Shown: piece by piece, positions 1 to 11,000 of the stretch | How positions within the stretch are numbered: position 1 is the first letter of the stretch | How the letters are laid out: every line of letters starts with the position of its first letter | Origin: Schmidtea nova | Taxonomy: Eukaryota | Direction: 5' to 3' | NCBI GenBank assembly: GCA_044892505.1 | Contig: CM097882.1 | Coordinates: 34,906,001-34,970,000 of the forward strand | DNA: 64,000 bases | Position numbers and translations under genes: made by a program | The notes under the pieces: model-generated | What the model saw: only the letters and a program-made list of their open reading frames with translations | Told to the model about the DNA's origin: nothing | The model's database searches: none

Positions 1-949
1 GGTAGAGTTTTGAAGCCCAGTTCGTTCAATTTCTGAAGAGTCACTTTTGCCACATGCGGTCGAGCGTTGTCATAGAGAAGTATCGGTCATTTTCCATTGA
101 CTAATGATTGAAGTAAACGCTGAAATTCTTGGTGTATTTTGTCAATTTCATGGCAATGTACTTCGTTGCTGTTATAATTTCGTCAGAATCAAAGTAGTTG
201 TGGAATATTAATCATCTTGCTGACCACCAAACATTGAAGATAACCTTATATTGATGAAGATTTTGTAGTGGGAAAGGTTTTGGAGCTTTATCTACGCTGA
301 GTCTCTGCAAGGAACGACGACCCTTGTCGCAGAGAATCGATGTTTCGTCACATGTCACACTACGAAAGAGAAATTATTGGTTTTGTTTCGCAAAAGACCA
401 GAGCAGACTTCTTAACGACAAAACCTTTGATTTTCGAATAATTCGTGCGACACCCATTCGTCGAGCTTTTTCGATTTTCCAATTTAATGTTAATGTCGAA
501 AAATTATTAAATGACACACGTTCAGTTCTTATGAATGTTCTCGAGTTGTTTTGCGTAAGTCTGCTTCAATAATTTCCATCAATAAGTCGCCCACTATCGC
601 AAAAGGACGTCTGCAATCTCAATATCTATCAAGGCTCTCATCTTTACTACGACATCTTTGGATCAAATGCCGAGCTGTACGTTCATTGATCGACTCCTGG
701 CTAAATGCTTGGATGATATTGCGAGAGGTTTCAGATGCATTATGGCCTAGTTTAAACTCTTACAATAAAATCGATCGAATTTGCACTTTTCTGTCTTTAA
801 TTAAAATAGAAAATATTTAACAAAAAATTTAATATATATAAAAAGAGGATTTTTAAATAAATAATCATATTAATATAATAACATTGATAAGAAAATAGGG
901 TGTCAAAGTGAAAACGAATAAAAACGGTATTTATTTTTGTCCAACTTAA
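1..949 (-). mobile_element. Decayed mariner copy 0 (5' part; truncated by window edge)
   Basis: Minus-strand translation of 801 to 1 gives IKDRKVQIRSILL*EFKLGHNASETSRN...VTCDE...VWWSA...DNARPHVAKVTLQKLNELGFKTL. TIR ends at 949, followed by TA at 950-951. Confidence 0.95.
923..949 (-). repeat. Mariner 5' TIR (representative; present in every unit)
   Basis: Reverse complement TTAAGTTGGACAAAAATAAATACCGTT matches the other end TTAGGTTGGACTAAAAATAATTGCCGTT at 24/28 positions. TA follows at 950-951. Confidence 0.92.
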
Positions 950-1761
950 TACTTTGCTATTATTCTTTACTTTCATTATAATTGTCAATCCTATCATATT
1001 ATTCTTGAATTTTTGAAAAACGTATCATTTAATGTCTTGTATTATTCATAAAATATTAATGTGTAAAAATGTAATACTAATTCCATTCAATAAAGTACAG
1101 AATTAAATAGAGTCTTTGTAACTCATGAGGTTGGTTTATGATAATTTGTATTAAAGAAAAAACGTTGTTAAACACAATTATAAATTATATAGCATTCGAC
1201 AGTAATTGTCTTTCGTGAATATATTTTGACAATATATTATTTTTATAGCCTTTTAGTAATTATAAAACAAACGTAGAAATTATTTACTAGATTTTAAATT
1301 GTAATATAAAATCCAGTATATTTGGTTTTGAAAATAATAACATATTTAAACAATAATCACAATCTTGGAATATTAATTCGCTTATTCGTTATAAATACTT
1401 TTTTAGACTATTGTCTTAATTTTAAACAGTATGATTTGATTGTATATATTCTATCAAGTTAAATTGATTTATTTGAATAATAATAAATTTAAATATTATT
1501 CCAACTTGAAAATCATGTATGTACGTTTGCCTATCTAGTAAAACATACAAGCTTATAATGTAATGCTCACTTGAAAGTGAAGTTGATCGTGCTAAATAAT
1601 GATATCTTAATTTTTGTTGCAATAGAAAAAATCAAATGATTTATTTATCTTATTGAAATTTTGACAGAAAATTGATCGCGCAAAAATGATACATTACATT
1701 TGCCGTTTCAAAATCTTTTCAAATATATTTGCTTTGCTACTTATAATTAATTATATTTAGT

Positions 1762-1783
1762 TAGTTAATTTAATTTATTTTAG
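1762..1783 (+). promoter_or_regulatory. 3' splice acceptor region (representative; present in every unit)
   Basis: tagttaatttaatttattttAG|CC has a T-rich tract, TTAAT branch-point-like motifs and a terminal AG. An in-frame TAA lies just upstream at 1771-1773. Confidence 0.72.
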
Positions 1784-2053
1784 CCAACCTAACATATACT
1801 GTTACTATTACTCCTCAGTCAAGTACTCTAAGCTTTCTAGAAAATGATTCGATAGAATGCCAAATCGTACCGGTGCCTAATACAAACACCAGTCAAATCG
1901 CCTTTTTCTTGACGAATATAAAATCAGACTATTATTTTAGAAACGATCTGATTATTCATATCAAGCCTAAAAAAGAATTGGTAAATACTCCTATTTGTGC
2001 TGTTTGTGGTAATATAGCAAACATGAACGCTACTCAATGCTATACTTTGATAG
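1784..2053 (+). CDS. Exon copy 1: 90-codon phase 1-1 putative Ig-like domain exon
   Basis: The stop-free frame 1774-2073 is tightly bracketed by AG (1782-1783) and GTGAGT (2054-2059). Hand count gives 91/270 G+C (34%) versus 18/100 in 1681-1780. Confidence 0.78.
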
Positions 2054-5000
2054 GTGAGTATGCATTGTTTTTTTGAAATTTATATATCTTTAATTATATC
2101 TCAAATACTTTTCAATTCATTATTTCACTCAACGTTCACTCAGTAAATTCGTTCAAGTCAGTCAGGTATTTCTAATTTCTTTTCCAACAAAGGAAAACGT
2201 ATTAGGTTGGACTAAAAATAATTGCCGTTTTTAAATATAAATTATAAAACTTTGTATCTCAGGTTAGAATATGTTTTGTCAATAGAAATAAAAATCATTC
2301 GAATCTACGCATTTTGCAAACAAGAAACAAGTTTACTTATTTCTTTAGCATAAAATTCTTGAGTTCTGGAATCAATGAATTCTTCGAAGGCTATTTTAGC
2401 TTCTGTTTGATTTTTTTCAAACATTCTCTTGTATGAAGAGTTCGATATGCTTGCAAAATTTGTTAGTCAGTTTTTGAGAGCTCTACTAAGAGAGCTGAAG
2501 AGGTAGAGTTTTGAAGCCCAGTTCGTTCAATTTCTGAAGAGTCACTTTTGCCACATGCGGTCGAGCGTTGTCATAGAGAAGTATCGGTCATTTTCCATTG
2601 ACTAATGATTGAAGTAAACGCTGAAATTCTTGGTGTATTTTGTCAATTTCATGGCAATGTACTTCGTTGCTGTTATAATTTCGTCAGAATCAAAGTAGTT
2701 GTGGAATATTAATCATCTTGCTGACCACCAAACATTGACCATAACCTTATATTGATGAAGATTTTGTAGTGGGAAAGGTTTTGGAGCATTATCTACGCTG
2801 AGTCTCTGCAAGGAACGACGACCCTTGTCGCAGAGAATCGATGTTTCGTCACATGTCACACTACGAAAGAGAAATTATTGGTTTTGTTGCGCAAAAGACC
2901 AGAGCAGACTTCTTAACGACAAAACCTTTGATTTTCGAATAATTCGTGCGACACCCATTCGTCGAACTTTTTCGATTTTCCAATTTAATGTTAATGTCGA
3001 AAAATTATTAAATGACACACGTTCAGTTCTTATGAATGTTCTCGAGTTGTTTTGCGTAAGTCTGCTTCAATAATTTCCATCAATAAGTCGCCCACTATCG
3101 CAAAAGGACGTCTGCAATCTCAATATCTATCAAGGCTCTCATCTTTACTACGACATCTTTGGATCAAATGCCGAGCTGTACGTTCATTGATCGACTCCTG
3201 GCTAAATGCTTGGATGATATTGCGAGAGGTTTCAGATGCATTATGGCCTAGTTTAAACTCTTACAATAAAATCGATCGAATTTGCACTTTTCTGTCTTTA
3301 ATTAAAATAGAAAATATTTAACAAAAAATTTAATATATATAAAAAGAGGATTTTTAAATAAATAATCATATTAATATAATAACATTGATAAGAAAATAGG
3401 GTGTCAAAGTGAAAACGAATAAAAACGGTATTTATTTTTGTCCAACTTAATACTTTGCTATTATTCTTTACTTTCATTATAATTGTCAATCCTATCATAT
3501 TATTCTTGAATTTTTGAAAAACGTATCATTTAATGTCTTGTATTATTCATAAATATTAATGTGTAAAAATGTAATACTAATTCCATTCAATAAAGTACAG
3601 AATTAAATAGAGTCTTTGTAACTCATGAGGTTGGTTTATGATAATTTGTATTAAAGAAAAAACGTTGTTAAACACAATTATAAATTATATAGCATTCGAC
3701 AGTAATTGTCTTTTGTGAATATATTTTGACAATATATTATTTTTATAGCCTTTTAGTAATTATAAAACAAACGTAGAAATTATTTACTAGATTTTAAATT
3801 GTAATATAAAATCCAGTATATTTGGTTTTGAAAATAATAACATATTTAAACAATAATCACAATCTTGGAATATTAATTCGCTTATTCGTTATAAATACTT
3901 TTTTAGACTATTGTCTTAATTTTAAACAGTATGATTTGATTGTATATATTCTATCAAGTTAAATTGATTTATTTGAATAATAATAAATTTAAATATTATT
4001 CCAACTTGAAAATCATGTATGTACGTTTGCCTATCTAGTAAAACATACAAACTTATAATGTAATGCTCACTTGAAAGTGAAGTTGATCGTGCTAAATAAT
4101 GATATCTTAATTTTTGTTGCAATAGAAAAAATCAAATGATTTATTTATCTTATTGAAATTTTGACAGAAAATTGATCGCGCAAAAATGATACATTACATT
4201 TGCCGTTTCAAAATCTTTTCAAATATATTTGCTTTGCTACTTATAATTAATTATATTTAGTTAGTTAATTTAATTTATTTTAGCCAACCTAACATATACT
4301 GTTACTATTACTCCTCAGTCAAGTACTCTAAGCTTTCTAGAAAATGATTCGATAGAATGCCAAATCGTACCGGTGCCTAATACAAACACCAGTCAAATCG
4401 CCTTTTTCTTGACGAATATAAAATCAGACTATTATTTTAGAAACGATCTGATTATTCATATCAAGCCTAAAAAAGAATTGGTAAATACTCCTATTTGTGC
4501 TGTTTGTGGTAATATAGCAAACATGAACGCTACTCAATGCTATACTTTGATAGGTGAGTATGCATTGTTTTTTTGAAATTTATATATCTTTAATTATATC
4601 TCAAATACTTTTCAATTCATTATTTCACTCAACGTTCACTCAGTAAATTCGTTCAAGTCAGTCAGGTATTTCTAATTTCTTTTCCAACAAAGGAAAACGT
4701 ATTAGGTTGGACTAAAAATAATTGCCGTTTTTAAATATAAATTATAAAACTTTGTATCTCAGGTTAGAATATGTTTTGTCAATAGAAATAAAAATCATTC
4801 GAATCTACGCATTTTGCAAACAAGAAACAAGTTTACTTATTTCTTTAGCATAAAATTCTTGAGTTCTGGAATCAATGAATTCTTCGAAGGCTATTTTAGC
4901 TTCTGTTTGATTTTTTTCAAACATTCTCTTGTATGAAGAGTTCGATATGCTTGCAAAATTTGTTAGTCAGTTTTTGAGAGCTCTACTAAGAGAGCTGAAG

Positions 5001-8000
5001 AGGTAGAGTTTTGAAGCCCAGTTCGTTCAATTTCTGAAGAGTCACTTTTGCCACATGCGGTCGAGCGTTGTCATAGAGAAGTATCGGTCATTTTCCATTG
5101 ACTAATGATTGAAGTAAACGCTGAAATTCTTGGTGTATTTTGTCAATTTCATGGCAATGTACTTCGTTGCTGTTATAATTTCGTCAGAATCAAAGTAGTT
5201 GTGGAATATTAATCATCTTGCTGACCACCAAACATTGACCATAACCTTATATTGATGAAGATTTTGTAGTGGGAAAGGTTTTGGAGCTTTATCTACGCTG
5301 AGTCTCTGCAAGGAACGACGACCCTTGTCGCAGAGAATCGATGTTTCGTCACATGTCACACTACGAAAGAGAAATTATTGGTTTTGTTGCGCAAAAGACC
5401 AGAGCAGACTTCTTAACGACAAAACCTTTGATTTTCGAATAATTCGTGCGACACCCATTCGTCGAGCTTTTTCGATTTTCCAATTTAATGTTAATGTCGA
5501 AAAATTATTAAATGACACACGTTCAGTTCTTATGAATGTTCTCGAGTAGTTTTGCGTAAGTCTGCTTCAATAATTTCCATCAATAAGTCGCCCACTATCG
5601 CAAAAGGACGTCTGCAATCTCAATATCTATCAAGGCTCTCATCTTTACTACGACATCTTTGGATCAAATGCCGAGCTGTACGTTCATTGATCGACTCCTG
5701 GCTAAATGCTTGGATGATATTGCGAGAGGTTTCAGATGCATTATGGCCTAGTTTAAACTCTTACAATAAAATCGATCGAATTTGCACTTTTCTGTCTTTA
5801 ATTAAAATAGAAAATATTTAACAAAAAATTTAATATATATAAAAAGAGGATTTTTAAATAAATAATCATATTAATATAATAACATTGATAAGAAAATAGG
5901 GTGTCAAAGTGAAAACGAATAAAAACGGTATTTATTTTTGTCCAACTTAATACTTTGCTATTATTCTTTACTTTCATTATAATTGTCAATCCTATCATAT
6001 TATTCTTGAATTTTTGAAAAACGTATCATTTAATGTCTTGTATTATTCATAAAATATTAATGTGTAAAAATGTAATACTAATTCCATTCAATAAAGTACA
6101 GAATTAAATAGAGTCTTTGTAACTCATGAGGTTGGTTTATGATAATTTGTATTAAAGAAAAAACGTTGTTAAACACAATTATAAATTATATAGCATTCGA
6201 CAGTAATTGTCTTTCGTGAATATATTTTGACAATATATTATTTTTATAGCCTTTTAGTAATTATAAAACAAACGTAGAAATTATTTACTAGATTTTAAAT
6301 TGTAATATAAAATCCAGTATATTTGGTTTTGAAAATAATAACATATTTAAACAATAATCACAATCTTGGAATATTAATTCGCTTATTCGTTATAAATACT
6401 TTTTTAGACTATTGTCTTAATTTTAAACAGTATGATTTGATTGTATATATTCTATCAAGTTAAATTGATTTATTTGAATAATAATAAATTTAAATATTAT
6501 TCCAACTTGAAAATCATGTATGTACGTTTGCCTATCTAGTAAAACATACAAGCTTATAATGTAATGCTCACTTGGAAGTGAAGTTGATCGTGCTAAATAA
6601 TGATATCTTAATTTTTGTTGCAATAGAAAAAATCAAATGATTTATTTATCTTATTGAAATTTTGACAGAAAATTGATCGCGCAAAAATGATACATTACAT
6701 TTGCCGTTTCAAAATCTTTTCAAATATATTTGCTTTGCTACTTATAATTAATTATATTTAGTTAGTTAATTTAATTTATTTTAGCCAACCTAACATATAC
6801 TGTTACTATTACTCCTCAGTCAAGTACTCTAAGCTTTCTAGAAAATGATTCGATAGAATGCCAAATCGTACCGGTGCCTAATACAAACACCAGTCAAATC
6901 GCCTTTTTCTTGACGAATATAAAATCAGACTATTATTTTAGAAACGATCTGATTATTCATATCAAGCCTAAAAAAGAATTGGTAAATACTCCTATTTGTG
7001 CTGTTTGTGGTAATATAGCAAACATGAACGCTACTCAATGCTATACTTTGATAGGTGAGTATGCATTGTTTTTTTGAAATTTATATATCTTTAATTATAT
7101 CTCAAATACTTTTCAATTCATTATTTCACTCAACGTTCACTCAGTAAATTCGTTCAAGTCAGTCAGGTATTTCTAATTTCTTTTCCAACAAAGGAAAACG
7201 TATTAGGTTGGACTAAAAATAATTGCCGTTTTTAAATATAAATTATAAAACTTTGTATCTCAGGTTAGAATATGGTTTGTCAATAGAAATAAAAATCATT
7301 CGAATCTACGCATTTTGCAAACAAGAAACAAGTTTACTTATTTCTTTAGCATAAAATTCTTGAGTTCTGGAATCAATGAATTCTTCGAAGGCTATTTTAG
7401 CTTCTGTTTGATTTTTTTCAAACATTCTCTTGTATGAAGAGTTCGATATGCTTGCAAAATTTGTTAGTCAGTTTTTGAGAGCTCTACTAAGAGAGCTGAA
7501 GAGGTAGAGTTTTGAAGCCCAGTTCGTTCAATTTCTGAAGAGTCACTTTTGCCACATGCGGTCGAGCGTTGTCATAGAGAAGTATCGGTCATTTTCCATT
7601 GACTAATGATTGAAGTAAACGCTGAAATTCTTGGTGTATTTTGTCAATTTCATGGCAATGTACTTCGTTGCTGTTATAATTTCGTCAGAATCAAAGTAGT
7701 TGTGGAATATTAATCATCTTGCTGACCACCAAACATTGACCATAACCTTATATTGATGAAGATTTTGTAGTGGGAAAGGTTTTGGAGCTTTATCTACGCT
7801 GAGTCTCTGCAAGGAACGACGACCCTTGTCGCAGAGAATCGATGTTTCGTCACATGTCACACTACGAAAGAGAAATTATTGGTTTTGTTGCGCAAAAGAC
7901 CAGAGCAGACTTCTTAACGACAAAACCTTTGATTTTCGAATAATTCGTGCGACACCCATTCGTCGAGCTTTTTCGATTTTCCAATTTAATGTTAATGTCG

Positions 8001-11000
8001 AAAAATTATTAAATGACACACGTTCAGTTCTTATGAATGTTCTCGAGTAGTTTTGCGTAAGTCTGCTTCAATAATTTCCATCAATAAGTCGCCCACTATC
8101 GCAAAAGGACGTCTGCAATCTCAATATCTATCAAGGCTCTCATCTTTACTACGACATCTTTGGATCAAATGCCGAGCTGTACGTTCATTGATCGACTCCT
8201 GGCTAAATGCTTGGATGATATTGCGAGAGGTTTCAGATGCATTATGGCCTAGTTTAAACTCTTACAATAAAATCGATCGAATTTGCACTTTTCTGTCTTT
8301 AATTAAAATAGAAAATATTTAACAAAAAATTTAATATATATAAAAAGAGGATTTTTAAATAAATAATCATATTAATATAATAACATTGATAAGAAAATAG
8401 GGTGTCAAAGTGAAAACGAATAAAAACGGTATTTATTTTTGTCCAACTTAATACTTTGCTATTATTCTTTACTTTCATTATAATTGTCAATCCTATCATA
8501 TTATTCTTGAATTTTTGAAAAACGTATCATTTAATGTCTTGTATTATTCATAAAATATTAATGTGTAAAAATGTAATACTAATTCCATTCAATAAAGTAC
8601 AGAATTAAATAGAGTCTTTGTAACTCATGAGGTTGGTTTATGATAATTTGTATTAAAGAAAAAACGTTGTTAAACACAATTATAAATTATATAGCATTCG
8701 ACAGTAATTGTCTTTTGTGAATATATTTTGACAATATATTATTTTTATAGCCTTTTAGTAATTATAAAACAAACGTAGAAATTATTTACTAGATTTTAAA
8801 TTGTAATATAAAATCCAGTATATTTGGTTTTGAAAATAATAACATATTTAAACAATAATCACAATCTTGGAATATTAATTCGCTTATTCGTTATAAATAC
8901 TTTTTTAGACTATTGTCTTAATTTTAAACAGTATGATTTGATTGTATATATTCTATCAAGTTAAATTGATTTATTTGAATAATAATAAATTTAAATATTA
9001 TTCCAACTTGAAAATCATGTATGTACGTTTGCCTATCTAGTAAAACATACAAGCTTATAATGTAATGCTCACTTGAAAGTGAAGTTGATCGTGCTAAATA
9101 ATGATATCTTAATTTTTGTTGCAATAGAAAAAATCAAATGATTTATTTATCTTATTGAAATTTTGACAGAAAATTGATCGCGCAAAAATGATACATTACA
9201 TTTGCCGTTTCAAAATCTTTTCAAATATATTTGCTTTGCTACTTATAATTAATTATATTTAGTTAGTTAATTTAATTTATTTTAGCCAACCTAACATATA
9301 CTGTTACTATTACTCCTCAGTCAAGTACTCTAAGCTTTCTAGAAAATGATTCGATAGAATGCCAAATCGTACCGGTGCCTAATACAAACACCAGTCAAAT
9401 CGCCTTTTTCTTGACGAATATAAAATCAGACTATTATTTTAGAAACGATCTGATTATTCATATCAAGCCTAAAAAAGAATTGGTAAATACTCCTATTTGT
9501 GCTGTTTGTGGTAATATAGCAAACATGAACGCTACTCAATGCTATACTTTGATAGGTGAGTATGCATTGTTTTTTTGAAATTTATATATCTTTAATTATA
9601 TCTCAAATACTTTTCAATTCATTATTTCACTCAACGTTCACTCAGTAAATTCGTTCAAGTCAGTCAGGTATTTCTAATTTCTTTTCCAACAAAGGAAAAC
9701 GTATTAGGTTGGACTAAAAATAATTGCCGTTTTTAAATATAAATTATAAAACTTTGTATCTCAGGTTAGAATATGGTTTGTCAATAGAAATAAAAATCAT
9801 TCGAATCTACGCATTTTGCAAACAAGAAACAAGTTTACTTATTTCTTTAGCATAAAATTCTTGAGTTCTGGAATCAATGAATTCTTCGAAGGCTATTTTA
9901 GCTTCTGTTTGATTTTTTTCAAACATTCTCTTGTATGAAGAGTTCGATATGCTTGCAAAATTTGTTAGTCAGTTTTTGAGAGCTCTACTAAGAGAGCTGA
10001 AGAGGTAGAGTTTTGAAGCCCAGTTCGTTCAATTTCTGAAGAGTCACTTTTGCCACATGCGGTCGAGCGTTGTCATAGAAAAGTATCGGTCATTTTCCAT
10101 TGACTAATGATTGAAGTAAACGCTGAAATTCTTGGTGTATTTTGTCAATTTCATGGCAATGTACTTCGTTGCTGTTATAATTTCGTCAGAATCAAAGTAG
10201 TTGTGGAATATTAATCATCTTGCTGACCACCAAACATTGACCATAACCTTATATTGATGAAGATTTTGTAGTGGGAAAGGTTTTGGAGCTTTATCTACGC
10301 TGAGTCTCTGCAAGGAACGACGACCCTTGTCGCAGAGAATCGATGTTTCGTCACATGTCACACTACGAAAGAGAAATTATTGGTTTTGTTGCGCAAAAGA
10401 CCAGAGCAGACTTCTTAACGACAAAACCTTTGATTTTCGAATAATTCGTGCGACACCCATTCGTCGAGCTTTTTCGATTTTCCAATTTAATGTTAATGTC
10501 GAAAAATTATTAAATGACACACGTTCAGTTCTTATGAATGTTCTCGAGTAGTTTTGCGTAAGTCTGCTTCAATAATTTCCATCAATAAGTCGCCCACTAT
10601 CGCAAAAGGACGTCTGCAATCTCAATATCTATCAAGGCTCTCATCTTTACTACGACATCTTTGGATCAAATGCCGAGCTGTACGTTCATTGATCGACTCC
10701 TGGCTAAATGCTTGGATGATATTGCGAGAGGTTTCAGATGCATTATGGCCTAGTTTAAACTCTTACAATAAAATCGATCGAATTTGCACTTTTCTGTCTT
10801 TAATTAAAATAGAAAATATTTAACAAAAAATTTAATATATATAAAAAGAGGATTTTTAAATAAATAATCATATTAATATAATAACATTGATAAGAAAATA
10901 GGGTGTCAAAGTGAAAACGAATAAAAACGGTATTTATTTTTGTCCAACTTAATACTTTGCTATTATTCTTTACTTTCATTATAATTGTCAATCCTATCAT

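Larger units (their letters stand above)
2202..3450 (-). mobile_element. Decayed full-length mariner copy 1 (1,249 bp; Tc1/mariner, Hsmar1/cecropia-like)
   Basis: TA-TIR ... TIR-TA enclosing a transposase pseudogene. Confidence 0.96.
2054..4283 (+). other. Putative GT-AG phase-1 intron (2,230 bp here; 2,229-2,231 bp across the array) containing an antisense mariner
   Basis: Begins GTGAGT, ends ttttAG, and lies between exon copies 1 and 2. Confidence 0.7.

Noticed and set aside
324-820. Plus-strand ORFs of 82 aa (324-572) and 89 aa (551-820), repeated in each unit
   Set aside because: They are antisense shadows of the mariner transposase pseudogene, begin at TTG, and are truncated or lost in whole sub-blocks.
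797-997. Minus-strand 66-aa ORF (MIGLTIIMK...)
   Set aside because: It runs from flank DNA through the TIR and AT-rich 5' UTR, has low-complexity I/L/F/Y/N composition, and is out of frame with the transposase.
1126-1148. tgaggttggtttatgataatttg as the left TIR of a second element pairing with 1772-1792
   Set aside because: Only the AGGTTGG core matches, there is no TA flank, and no transposase remnant lies between the two sites.
1430-1516. Candidate extra exon (ttttaaacAG ... cat|GTATGT)
   Set aside because: It has stop codons in all three frames.
1422-1622. Minus-strand 66-aa ORF (MQQKLRY...)
   Set aside because: AT-rich intron sequence with no motif; it gains a stop in the 41.5-59 kb block.
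1742-1755. Perfect 14 bp palindrome TATAATTAATTATA
   Set aside because: An all-A/T palindrome in very AT-rich intron sequence is expected by chance.
1990-2040. ICAVCG resembling the first zinc finger of a nuclear hormone receptor
   Set aside because: The following G-x-H-Y-G and second CxxC motif are absent, and the surrounding sequons and phase 1-1 structure favour an extracellular domain.
1873-2076. 67-aa stand-alone ORF as given in the track (GTG start)
   Set aside because: The open frame extends 5' to 1774 and is better explained as the spliced exon 1784-2053; the last codons (GEYALFF*) are intron read-through.
2144-2165. Candidate micro-exon (cactcAG ... cag|GTATTT) within a short imperfect direct repeat (cgttca...cagt)
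   Set aside because: At 22 nt it would shift the frame, and the splice signals are weak.
1-2501. Unit length close to 2,500 and split almost equally into mariner (1,249 bp) and non-mariner (1,252 bp); possible synthetic or assembly artefact
   Set aside because: Structured, nested and recombining variants among units look biological, and I see no mechanism that makes the equal halves meaningful.
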